A stretch of 32,000 nucleotides of DNA. Origin: an uncultured Erysipelotrichaceae bacterium (GTDB lineage Bacteria; Bacillota_I; Bacilli_A; Erysipelotrichales; Erysipelotrichaceae). A program made the position numbers and the translations under genes. The DNA lies in NCBI GenBank assembly GCA_942492995.1, contig OW818653.1, forward strand, positions 270,001 to 302,000, in the 5' to 3' direction. Position 1 is the first letter of the stretch; each line of letters opens with the position of its first letter. The notes under the pieces were generated by a model, which worked only from the letters and a program-made list of their open reading frames with translations, was not told the DNA's origin and did not search any database. Of this stretch, positions 1-7,822 are shown one piece after another.

Positions 1-498
1 AATATCTATGAGGCAAGAGTTATCGCATGTAAGCTATTCGATTCTAAACAACTCAGTTTAGGTGAACTTAATCGATTATTACTATCCACTGAGTCAGGTC
101 CAGTTATTGATGAATTAAGTTTCCAAGTATTTGAATTCCTAGAAAATCAATTAGAATTATTTGATTTATGGATACACAGCGATGAACCAAGATTCAAACG
201 AGCTGGTTGGAATATGGGTATTATCTTAAATCACGATTCAAAATTTAGTGATGTTAAATTAAATGAAATTCTAGATTACATAGATAATAATCTTTCTCTC
301 GCAATGAATGTTTATCAATTTGCGATGAATCGTTGTTTAAGTGAAATCGGTATTAAATACGATCATTTAACAGAGCGATGCGTATCCATAGGTGAAAAAC
401 ATGGAGTATACAAGGAAATGAAAGTTAGTAAAGGTTGTACATCTCCGTATGCACCGACTTGGATTAGTGTAGTACGCAAGAAAAACAATAAGAGTTAA
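1..498 (+). CDS. C-terminal part of a protein truncated by the window edge; possibly an AlkD-like HEAT-repeat DNA alkylation repair family protein (tentative)
   Basis: Frame 1 is open from nt 1 to the TAA at 496-498, so the ATG at 214 is internal. The helical-repeat-like sequence (EPRFKRAGWNM...) only loosely recalls the DNA alkylation repair family. The gene is followed by a strong hairpin. Confidence 0.35.
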   Translation, partial: NIYEARVIACKLFDSKQLSLGELNRLLLSTESGPVIDELSFQVFEFLENQLELFDLWIHSDEPRFKRAGWNMGIILNHDSKFSDVKLNEILDYIDNNLSLAMNVYQFAMNRCLSEIGIKYDHLTERCVSIGEKHGVYKEMKVSKGCTSPYAPTWISVVRKKNNKS

Positions 499-501
499 AA
501 A

Positions 502-523
502 AAAGTACCAATATTGGTACTTT
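502..523. terminator. Bidirectional rho-independent terminator between convergent genes
   Basis: Perfect 22-nt palindrome AAAGTACCAAT/ATTGGTACTTT, flanked by an A-run upstream and a T-rich stretch downstream. It lies between the stop at 498 (+) and the stop at 530 (-). Confidence 0.8.
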
Positions 524-529
524 CGTTTG

Positions 530-1012
530 TTATGCTCTTTGACCTAAACGATCATCCATCATCATAATACCAATTGGTGTAGGTACTTTTTCAAGACGAG
601 TGATGATATCGACTAGAGTTGATTCTTCTTCTACTTGTTCATCAATGAACCATCTATATAGATTAGCCATTGCGTATTCCTTAGCGGAAGTTGCTTCTTC
701 GTATAATTTAACAATACGAGCCGTAACTTTCTTTTCATGTTCTAATGATAGTTTAAACAAATCTAAGAAACCTGGGAAATCAGTTGCTCCTGCTTTGATT
801 GGAGTTAATAATACTCTTTCATTAACTTCATATAAGAAGTGCATCATTTTCTTACCATGATTTACTTCTTCAGATGCTTGTTTTTCCATCCATTTAGCGG
901 TTCCTGGGTAACCATTTTCTTGTGCCCATGTTGACATTGAGAGGTAGAGATAACTTGATTCGAATTCAAAATTAATTTGGTCTAATGCTAATTCAAGTAG
1001 TTCTTTTTTCAT
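530..1012 (-). CDS. ftnA: Non-heme bacterial ferritin
   Basis: 160 aa. Ferritin-like four-helix-bundle signature: N-terminal LN.QINFEFESSYLYLSMS, EE.NH and FL..QV.EE motifs typical of the Ftn ferroxidase-centre helices. Confidence 0.85.
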   Translation of the reverse strand: MKKELLELALDQINFEFESSYLYLSMSTWAQENGYPGTAKWMEKQASEEVNHGKKMMHFLYEVNERVLLTPIKAGATDFPGFLDLFKLSLEHEKKVTARIVKLYEEATSAKEYAMANLYRWFIDEQVEEESTLVDIITRLEKVPTPIGIMMMDDRLGQRA

Positions 1013-1091
1013 AAAATTCTCCTTACTTAAAATATAACATAAAATTCAATTTAAGCATAATGACTCGCTCAATTTTATGATTTCTAGTTGT

Positions 1092-2417
1092 TTAAACAAG
1101 AGCCGCATTCTTCCATTTACCGCTCTTTAATCGACGATGTTGAACGATTGTACGATAGATCCAATCAATACCCATGGCTAAATAAACGCCATATACACCA
1201 AGATTAAATAATATCGATAATATGAATGAAGCGGTAATTCTAAACGCAAACATCGCAACAATCGAAACTGTCATCGTAAATTTCGCATCACCTGCAGCTC
1301 TTAAACCATTAGATAACGTAAATGCGGAAGGCCAGATAGCCATCGTCATTAAATTATGAATAATCATTAATGTAAACGTTATATTACGTGCTTCATCAGA
1401 TAATGTGTATAAATTAAGAATCCATGGTAAGAAGATTAATTGTGTACTTGCGATAACAACAGTCATATAACGTGCTTGTTTTAATAGCTTCTTAATGTAG
1501 AACTCAGCTTGTTCAAACTCTTTGGCTCCAATACATTGACCTACAACGGTAACAATCGCAAAATTAATCGCCATCGCAAAGCTGATCGCAAACATGCCTA
1601 GGCTATTTGTGATACCGTTAGCGGTTATTTGTGCCGTCCCGAATAAAGCGATTATACTTGTTAGTAATATACGCCCTAATTGAGTTATTCCATTTTCAAT
1701 CCCATTAGGAACCGCAACAGAAAGTATTTTCTTGATTAATGATTTATCCCAATTAAAGATCGATTTAAAATCTAAGTAAATTACATTATCGAGATTAAAA
1801 TTCAAACTAACTAACACAATGGACGCAAGTAATCGTGATAACAATGTTGCGATTGCGACACCAGTAATTCCAGACTTTAACACGAAAATAGCGACATAGA
1901 ATCCAACAATATTTAATCCATTCATAAATAATGATGCGAACATTGGGACTTTTGAATTACCCATTGATCTAAATAGAGCAGCACTCGTATTGTATAGTGC
2001 TAAGAATGGATAACTTAAACAGGATAATAAGAAATATATCTGTGCAGCTTTCATGACATCTGGATCGACATTACCGAAAAGTACACTTAGAATTAATTGA
2101 CTAAATACCAAGATTAGAAACATAAAACCAATAGAAACAATAAATGTAATTAAGACAACTTGTCCCGCAGATTTACGAGCAATATGTATGTTTTGACTAC
2201 CGATATATTGAGCTACTACAACTGCACCACCTGTTGCAATCGCAGTTAGAATGTTAATGAGTAAAACATTTACCATTTCAACAAGTGATACACCAGATAC
2301 TGCAGCTTCACCAGCATACGATAATAGGATAGTTGAAACAATGCCAACTAGTACAAGCAATAATTGATCAAGGAATAAAGGAAGGATAAGTTTTCTAAGT
2401 GTTTTCTGAGTAAACAT
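1092..2417 (-). CDS. MATE family multidrug/toxin efflux transporter
   Basis: 441 aa, about 12 hydrophobic segments. MATE-type N-terminus (LRKLILPLFLDQLL) and an internal repeat organisation typical of the NorM/DinF family. Confidence 0.85.
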   Translation of the reverse strand: MFTQKTLRKLILPLFLDQLLLVLVGIVSTILLSYAGEAAVSGVSLVEMVNVLLINILTAIATGGAVVVAQYIGSQNIHIARKSAGQVVLITFIVSIGFMFLILVFSQLILSVLFGNVDPDVMKAAQIYFLLSCLSYPFLALYNTSAALFRSMGNSKVPMFASLFMNGLNIVGFYVAIFVLKSGITGVAIATLLSRLLASIVLVSLNFNLDNVIYLDFKSIFNWDKSLIKKILSVAVPNGIENGITQLGRILLTSIIALFGTAQITANGITNSLGMFAISFAMAINFAIVTVVGQCIGAKEFEQAEFYIKKLLKQARYMTVVIASTQLIFLPWILNLYTLSDEARNITFTLMIIHNLMTMAIWPSAFTLSNGLRAAGDAKFTMTVSIVAMFAFRITASFILSILFNLGVYGVYLAMGIDWIYRTIVQHRRLKSGKWKNAALV

Positions 2418-2498
2418 AGTTAAATCTTTCTATTTTTTGATAATTCTTATAATATCCTACCACTTTATAATAAGTTTATATAGAAGTATTTAAAATAC

Positions 2499-2529
2499 TT
2501 GACTTAGAGTTTACTCTAGGGTTTAAAAT
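2499..2529 (+). promoter_or_regulatory. MerR-type promoter/operator 1: TTGACT, 19-bp spacer, TAAAAT, with the palindrome TAGAGT-TT-ACTCTA in the spacer
   Basis: -35 TTGACT at 2499-2504, perfect inverted repeat at 2505-2518, -10 TAAAAT at 2524-2529. The overlong 19-bp spacer is the hallmark of MerR-activated promoters. Confidence 0.6.
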
Positions 2530-2555
2530 AGTATTAGAATCCAAGAGTGTGAATA

Positions 2556-2584
2556 TTGACTTGGAGTTAACTCCATATTAAGAT
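2556..2584 (+). promoter_or_regulatory. MerR-type promoter/operator 2: TTGACT followed by the palindrome TGGAGT-TA-ACTCCA and TAAGAT
   Basis: -35 TTGACT at 2556-2561, perfect 14-bp palindrome at 2562-2575, candidate -10 TAAGAT at 2579-2584 (17-bp spacer). The palindrome resembles NmlR/AdhR-class operators (TTGGAGT..ACTCCAA). Confidence 0.55.
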
Positions 2585-2634
2585 AAAGATTACTATATCT
2601 AATAAGACAATTAAAAAAAATGAAGGAGAATAAT

Positions 2635-3045
2635 ATGACGATTGCTGAGGTATGCGCTAGATTTGAATTATCACATGATACATTACGTTACTATGAAAAG
2701 ATTGGATTAATTCCAACCATTCAAAGACGTACAAGTGGTATTCGTAATTATAATGAAGAAGATTGTAAGTGGATTGAATTCATTAAATGCATGCGTAGTG
2801 CAGGTTTAACAATCGAGTTTTTAAGTGAGTATGTACGATTGTTTAAAGAAGGTGAGTCTACACTTGAGAAAAGACGTCTAATATTAATCGAACAACGCGA
2901 ACAGTTACGTGATCATATGAATGAAATGCAAAATACGTTAGATCGCTTAGATCGTAAAGTAGAACGATATGATACATTAGTTAGAGAGAAAGAGTTACAT
3001 TTAAAACATTCTGAAAATGAGAATGTGACTGATTTATTAGGATAA
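2635..3045 (+). CDS. MerR family transcriptional regulator (AdhR/NmlR-like subfamily)
   Basis: N-terminal HTH MTIAEVCARFELSHDTLRYYEKIGLIP, followed by a coiled-coil dimerisation helix. The ATG at 2635 is preferred over 2620 because AAGGAG at 2623-2628 sits 6 nt upstream of it. Confidence 0.85.
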   Translation: MTIAEVCARFELSHDTLRYYEKIGLIPTIQRRTSGIRNYNEEDCKWIEFIKCMRSAGLTIEFLSEYVRLFKEGESTLEKRRLILIEQREQLRDHMNEMQNTLDRLDRKVERYDTLVREKELHLKHSENENVTDLLG

Positions 3046-3067
3046 GCAGTTAGAAATAACTGCTTTT
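3046..3067 (+). terminator. Rho-independent terminator after the MerR gene
   Basis: GCAGTTA-GAAA-TAACTGC stem-loop followed by TTTT. Confidence 0.7.
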
Positions 3068-3081
3068 ATAATGTATTGTTC

Positions 3082-3110
3082 TTGACGTAGGTTTTTGATT
3101 GTTTTATAAT
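3082..3110 (+). promoter_or_regulatory. Sigma-A-type promoter
   Basis: TTGACG at 3082-3087, 17-bp spacer, TATAAT at 3105-3110, upstream of the membrane-protein gene. Confidence 0.65.
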
Positions 3111-3167
3111 CACACTAATATTAAACATATAAAGTATACTTACAAAGTATGTTATATAGGAGATCAA

Positions 3168-3608
3168 ATGAAACAAGTAAATTCTATTTCTCGTCCATTG
3201 GTACGCTTAAACCAATTATCAATTGCGCTTAGTTCTATATTATTCATATTTACGAATATTAATATTATTCTTTTAGTACCAATTTTTATTGGTTTATCAT
3301 CATTAATATTCGATTATAATCCATTAATGAAATTAGGTAAAAAGTTTCTTAGAAAATCATTAAGTGAGTATATCCAAGAAGATAAAGCTCAACAACGCTT
3401 TAATCAAATACTTGCAGTATCCATGTTAGTGCTTGCGTATATTAGCAGTCTATTTAATATGACACTTTTAAGCGTAATATTTGCTTCAATGGTCTTTCTT
3501 GCATCATCGATTGCGATATTAGGTTTCTGTATTGGATGTTTTATACATTTCCAATATCATATGTGGAAATATCGTAGATCTACTAAAAATCAACTAGTTA
3601 AAGCATAA
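3168..3608 (+). CDS. Small integral membrane protein (DUF4395-like, tentative)
   Basis: About 146 aa with 4 hydrophobic segments. The ATG at 3168 is preceded by AGGAGA, and the ORF-track start at 3099 lies inside the promoter. The family call is from memory of the N-terminal R.L.RLNQ motif only. Confidence 0.55.
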   Translation: MKQVNSISRPLVRLNQLSIALSSILFIFTNINIILLVPIFIGLSSLIFDYNPLMKLGKKFLRKSLSEYIQEDKAQQRFNQILAVSMLVLAYISSLFNMTLLSVIFASMVFLASSIAILGFCIGCFIHFQYHMWKYRRSTKNQLVKA

Positions 3609-3634
3609 AAAGAATCGCATCAAGCGATTCTTTT
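3607..3634. terminator. Bidirectional terminator between convergent genes
   Basis: AAAAGAATCGC-ATCAA-GCGATTCTTTT; the A-run and T-run allow function on both strands. Confidence 0.8.
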
Positions 3635-4058
3635 ATTTGGTTAGATTTCTTCCCAATTCTTTTAGTTCTTCAATCACACTTTCATCAGGTGCATAATTTG
3701 CAATGATACTTGGTAGAAATGGTATTGCGCCATTTTCTTGACATATCGTTTCCCATGTACGCATCCATTCACCTGTACCCCAACCATATGATCCAAATAG
3801 AACAAATCGTCTTGATACTAGATGGGGAAGTACAGCTTGAAACATTGGTTCAAACTCATATTCATCTAATAATTCATCTCCCATTGCAGGACATCCAAAA
3901 GCAAATGAATCATATTTATCTAAATCATCAACACTAAATTTATTTGCGGGTATTTTCTCTACTATTGATCCAGCTTGCGTAGCGCCTTCACTAATCGCAT
4001 CAGCCATAGTTTCTGTATTACCTGAACTTGTCCAATATACAACTGCTAATTTATGCAT
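3633..4058 (-). CDS. Short-chain flavodoxin
   Basis: MHKLAVVYWTSSGNTE FMN phosphate-binding loop (T/S-x-T-G-x-T type), about 141 aa. The ATG at 4058 has an AAGGAGGATG RBS; the ORF-track start at 4073 is a TTG upstream of that RBS. Confidence 0.88.
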   Translation of the reverse strand: MHKLAVVYWTSSGNTETMADAISEGATQAGSIVEKIPANKFSVDDLDKYDSFAFGCPAMGDELLDEYEFEPMFQAVLPHLVSRRFVLFGSYGWGTGEWMRTWETICQENGAIPFLPSIIANYAPDESVIEELKELGRNLTK

Positions 4059-4092
4059 AACATCCTCCTTCAAGTCCGTTTATGACACATTA

Positions 4093-4121
4093 ATTGTAAA
4101 AGCAACAACCATTTGCGTCAA
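4093..4121 (-). promoter_or_regulatory. Sigma-A-type promoter for flavodoxin
   Basis: On the minus strand: TTGACG (4121-4116), 17-bp spacer, TACAAT (4098-4093). Confidence 0.6.
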
Positions 4122-4186
4122 AGGAAGTGCATTCTATAAGTACAAATTAATCACACATAAATTATAAAATATGAGAGAATTAGACA

Positions 4187-4450
4187 ATGGAAAAGATAAA
4201 CAATTTTGAGTTAGTATTATATGCATTAAGAAATTATCAAAGTGTAATGATTCAAAATCCCCAACAAACAAGCTTTGTATTAAAGGGAGATAAAATCGTT
4301 GTTAAAACAGATAATGCGCAATATACATTAAATTTAAAAGAATTCGAAGAACTATTCATTAATTCAATATTTTACTATGTAGAACACAAAGATAACACTG
4401 AAATTGAGATACACAAAGATGATGAATATTATGCTTGGAAACATAAATAA
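4187..4450 (+). CDS. Hypothetical small protein (87 aa)
   Basis: ORF with a weak GAGAGAA RBS. No family recognised. Confidence 0.45.
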   Translation: MEKINNFELVLYALRNYQSVMIQNPQQTSFVLKGDKIVVKTDNAQYTLNLKEFEELFINSIFYYVEHKDNTEIEIHKDDEYYAWKHK

Positions 4451-4709
4451 TTTACCAATAATTTTATACTTAATAAGTATAAATTTGATCGCCTTTATCT
4501 GTATGAAAATAGATAAGGGATTTGCACAGAAAAATAAACGTCGTATATCTGAAAGAAATCTATTAACCCTTGCGATAATTGGTGGAACTTTAGGTATTTG
4601 GACGGGTATGTTTTGGGTAAGACATAAGATAAAAAAATTAAAATTTACCCTTGGAATTCCCTTGATTTTATTGTTTCAAGTCACTTTATCTTGGTTGATA
4701 TTATTGTAA
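4404..4709 (+). CDS. DUF1294-family small membrane protein
   Basis: Motif KIDKGFAQKNKRRISERNLLTLAIIGGTLGIW...RHKIKK is typical of DUF1294. The true start is probably one of the internal ATGs (4419, 4422 or 4431), because the 5' end overlaps the preceding ORF. Confidence 0.65.
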   Translation: MRYTKMMNIMLGNINNLPIILYLISINLIAFICMKIDKGFAQKNKRRISERNLLTLAIIGGTLGIWTGMFWVRHKIKKLKFTLGIPLILLFQVTLSWLILL

Positions 4710-4843
4710 TTAAATGTATTATAATAATTCGAATTAAAACATTAAAGCGTACATATGAATGGTTATACCATCTTTTTTTTACAATAAATAATAATTTAAA
4801 ATAATGAATTTTAGAATTTAACATAAATATTTAATTTGGATAA

Positions 4844-4858
4844 AGATAATCATTATCA
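4844..4858. promoter_or_regulatory. Fur/PerR-family-like 7-1-7 palindrome AGATAATCATTATCA
   Basis: 14 of 15 positions match the Bacillus Fur-box consensus TGATAATnATTATCA. It is followed by TTGTGAAAAT at 4865-4874. A related GATAATGATTA occurs at 4966-4976. Confidence 0.3.
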
Positions 4859-4916
4859 ATTGGTTTGTGAAAATGAAACCAAAATATACAACTATTGTAA
4901 AATATTAATAATAATC

Positions 4917-4950
4917 GATGATTTTTTTTAAATTTCACAAAAAAATCATC
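4917..4950 (+). promoter_or_regulatory. Perfect 12-bp AT-rich inverted repeat (possible attenuator or protein-binding site) in the flgB leader
   Basis: GATGATTTTTTT, 10-nt loop, AAAAAAATCATC, followed by TATTTTAGTTT. Confidence 0.3.
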
Positions 4951-5073
4951 TATTTTAGTTTGAAAGATAATGATTAAAACACACTTAAAATGTTAAAATA
5001 AAACCCGTTAGCGCATATTAAAAGTGTAGTTTAGATTTAAAGATTTATTCATCAATTTGGGTAAATTTTTATT

Positions 5074-5096
5074 TGATAATTTATCATTGTGAAAAT
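5074..5096. promoter_or_regulatory. Second palindrome module TGATAA-T-TTATCA plus TTGTGAAAAT (candidate extended -10), 27 nt upstream of flgB
   Basis: 6-1-6 palindrome at 5074-5086. The identical 10-mer TTGTGAAAAT at 5087-5096 repeats the one at 4865-4874, and TGTGAAAAT fits a TGn-extended -10. Confidence 0.3.
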
Positions 5097-5122
5097 TAAT
5101 AATAAAAAGAAGGGGACTTTGT

Positions 5123-5488
5123 ATGATATTTCAAGACAACAACTTTAAAGTATTGCAATCGAGTTTAGATGCACTTTGGATTAAACAAAAAGTTATATCA
5201 AACAATATTGCGAATTATGAAACTCCTGGGTTTAAAGCGAGTAAAGTTTCATTCAAAGAAGTTTTAAAACAAGAGATAGAAAATGGTGTTTCATTAGAGC
5301 GAAATGTTCTTGAAGTTGAAATATCAAAAGATGAGTCTATGTCGAGCAGATTAGATGGAAATAATGTGGATATCGAAAAGGAACAGTTAGATATGTGGGA
5401 TACGTATGCTCAATATACTTATCTAAGTCAGAATATTTCGAAACAGCTTAGTAATATGAGTTATGTAATCAATAACACCGGTAAATAA
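5123..5488 (+). CDS. flgB: Flagellar basal-body rod protein FlgB
   Basis: ISNNIANYETPGFKA rod-family N-terminal motif, 121 aa, first gene of the cluster. RBS GAAGGGGA. Confidence 0.92.
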   Translation: MIFQDNNFKVLQSSLDALWIKQKVISNNIANYETPGFKASKVSFKEVLKQEIENGVSLERNVLEVEISKDESMSSRLDGNNVDIEKEQLDMWDTYAQYTYLSQNISKQLSNMSYVINNTGK

Positions 5489-5499
5489 GGGAGAGAAAT

Positions 5500-5943
5500 A
5501 TGTCATTTCTTAAAACATTAAATATTACTGGATCAGCATTAACTGCGACGCGATTAAGAGTAGATACAATAACGCAAAATCTAGCGAACATATCAACAAC
5601 ACGAACTGAAGAGGGTGGACCTTATAAAAGGAAGTTAGTTGTTTTACAGGAACAACGTTTAAGTTTCGAAAATGTATTAAATACATCAATGTCGAAATCG
5701 AAGAAAACATCAAATGGTGGTGTTATCGTTTCTAAAATTGTCGAAAGCGAAAATCCATTTATTCCTGTATATAATCCAAATCATCCGGATGCGGACGGAA
5801 ATGGCTATGTATTAATGCCGAATGTAAATAGTAGTGAAGAACAAATTGATTTGATGGCCGCCACACGTGCGTATGAAGCTAATCTGACTGCACTAAATGT
5901 AGTTAAGACAATGGCTATGCGAGCACTAGAAATAGGGAAATAA
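5500..5943 (+). CDS. flgC: Flagellar basal-body rod protein FlgC
   Basis: ITQNLANISTTRTEEGGPYKRK and C-terminal EEQIDLMAATRAYEAN motifs. Confidence 0.93.
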   Translation: MSFLKTLNITGSALTATRLRVDTITQNLANISTTRTEEGGPYKRKLVVLQEQRLSFENVLNTSMSKSKKTSNGGVIVSKIVESENPFIPVYNPNHPDADGNGYVLMPNVNSSEEQIDLMAATRAYEANLTALNVVKTMAMRALEIGK

Positions 5944-5946
5944 CAT

Positions 5947-6249
5947 ATGAGCCTGTTTATTGTACCAATTACACCACTGAATTTAACAACAGAGATTAAA
6001 CCAAATTTAAATGTTAACGAAACACAAAATTCGGGATTTCAAGATATTTTTAAAGACATGATTCAAGAGACTCAAGCAGCTCAAGATGTCGCTAAACAAG
6101 ACTCCATTGATCTTGCGATGGGGAAAACAGATGATTTACATAATGTGATGATTAATGCGGAAAAAGCAGCAATCGCACTTGAATTAACTGTACAAGTTAC
6201 CAGTAAAGCAATTAGTGCGTATAACGAAATTATGCGCATGCAATTTTAG
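5947..6249 (+). CDS. fliE: Flagellar hook-basal body complex protein FliE
   Basis: 100 aa; C-terminal AISAYNEIMRMQF is the FliE signature. Confidence 0.9.
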   Translation: MSLFIVPITPLNLTTEIKPNLNVNETQNSGFQDIFKDMIQETQAAQDVAKQDSIDLAMGKTDDLHNVMINAEKAAIALELTVQVTSKAISAYNEIMRMQF

Positions 6250-6268
6250 CTAGAAAGTTAGGTAACAC

Positions 6269-7822
6269 ATGGAACAACAGATTAAAAAGGCATTTTTCAC
6301 AGTTCAAGAGCTATGGAAAAAACAGACTAAAAAAGCTAAATCAACCATTATTACAATAGTAATTGGTGTACTTATTATTTCTATCGGTGTTCCACTATTA
6401 TTACGATGGAATTCAGAACAAAAATATAGTGTTCTATATCAAGGTCTTACTACGCAAGAACAAGGTGAAATATATCTTGTTTTAAATGAACTCGATATTT
6501 TTGCGACTACAAACACTGAAGGTGAATTAGTTGTACTAAGTAAAGATATTAATCAAATTAAACTTCAATTAAGTTCTATGGGATATCCAAAAACAGCACT
6601 AAGTTATAGTGTTTTCACGTCAAATGCTGGCTTTATGGCGACTGAACTTGAGAAGAAACAATACCTCATCATTGATCTTCAAAGTCGTTTAGAAGAAACA
6701 CTTCGTCAAATAGAAGGTGTGCGGTCAGCAATTGTCACATTAAATATTCCAACTGAATCAAATTATGTTTGGCAAACCAATCAAAACCAAGGAAGTGCAT
6801 CAGTACTTCTTGATTTATCTCAGACAAATACATTAGATTCTAAAATGATTCAAGGAATTAAGAATTTGGTAGCGTCATCCGTTCCTCAAATGGAAAGTAA
6901 CCGAGTAATTGTTGTCGATGCGTCGAGTGGTGCTGAATTAGCTGGTCAAAGTGCAGAGACTAGTATGGATGATAATTTCCTACAGATTCAATTCGAACGT
7001 GAAATTGAAACTAAAATGGAAGAAAAAGTACTTAATCTACTCACCATGCCATATGGATATGAAAACATACGTGTTAGTGCGAGTGTAATAATTGATTATG
7101 ACAAAATGTTATCTGAAGAACTGGAATATATTCCTACAGTAGATGGTAAAGGAGTAATTCAAAGCTTAGAAGTATGGTATGCGAATGGTAATGGTACAGC
7201 GAGTGGAACTCCTGCAGAAGGTATTGCGGGAGAAGATAGTAATACAGATGTTCCAACGTATCAATCATCAGACGAAACAGCGGGAACAGGTGAACAATCT
7301 TACACCGCTGAGTATTTAGTCAGTTACATCAAACGTCAAATCGAAAAGAATAACGCGACGCTTGAATCCGCAACTTTATCAGTTGTCATAAACAATCATG
7401 ATTTATCTGGTACAGAAATAAATGATTGGGTAAAAACAATTGCGAAAGCTGTAAATGTGGCTGAAACAGATGTCATCGTATATAACGTTAAGAGTACTCA
7501 AGAAGTTGATACACCTATAAATAATTCGAATACTATTGATACATACATACTTTATGGAATTATCGGTGGTACAGCATTAATCGTATTAATTATCATAATT
7601 GTCGTTATTGTTTCGATGTCTAAACGTCGTAAGAATAAAAAGGCAGAAGATGAGATTGATGAGAGATTAAAAGAAGAAATCAAACAAAGAAGTAAACCAA
7701 TTGTGCCAGGGAGTTCAACTGATCCAAGTTTAGCAACGCTTGAAAATATCCAGAACTTTACAACTGAAAATCCAGAAATAACAGCGAATTTAATTCGTGA
7801 AATGTTAAAGGAGGATGAGTAA
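6269..7822 (+). CDS. fliF: Flagellar MS-ring protein FliF
   Basis: 517 aa with an N-terminal TM segment, a YscJ/FliF ring-building domain, a second TM near the C-terminus, and a charged FliG-binding tail. Confidence 0.92.
   Translation: MEQQIKKAFFTVQELWKKQTKKAKSTIITIVIGVLIISIGVPLLLRWNSEQKYSVLYQGLTTQEQGEIYLVLNELDIFATTNTEGELVVLSKDINQIKLQLSSMGYPKTALSYSVFTSNAGFMATELEKKQYLIIDLQSRLEETLRQIEGVRSAIVTLNIPTESNYVWQTNQNQGSASVLLDLSQTNTLDSKMIQGIKNLVASSVPQMESNRVIVVDASSGAELAGQSAETSMDDNFLQIQFEREIETKMEEKVLNLLTMPYGYENIRVSASVIIDYDKMLSEELEYIPTVDGKGVIQSLEVWYANGNGTASGTPAEGIAGEDSNTDVPTYQSSDETAGTGEQSYTAEYLVSYIKRQIEKNNATLESATLSVVINNHDLSGTEINDWVKTIAKAVNVAETDVIVYNVKSTQEVDTPINNSNTIDTYILYGIIGGTALIVLIIIIVVIVSMSKRRKNKKAEDEIDERLKEEIKQRSKPIVPGSSTDPSLATLENIQNFTTENPEITANLIREMLKEDE

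Noticed and set aside
2438-2452. Fur/PerR-like sequence TGATAATTCTTATAA in the MATE/MerR intergenic region.
   Set aside because: Only one half-site is perfect and the other matches at 5 of 7 positions. It consists solely of A/T-rich sequence, which is common in this genome, and its position relative to any promoter is unclear.
4710-5122. A c-di-GMP riboswitch (GEMM-I) and/or an invertible flagellar switch upstream of flgB, as in Clostridioides difficile.
   Set aside because: The region is almost devoid of G/C and lacks the conserved GC-rich GEMM cores. I found no pair of long (about 20 bp) inverted repeats flanking a 100-300-bp segment, and no recombinase gene is nearby. Only short local palindromes are present, and these are reported separately.
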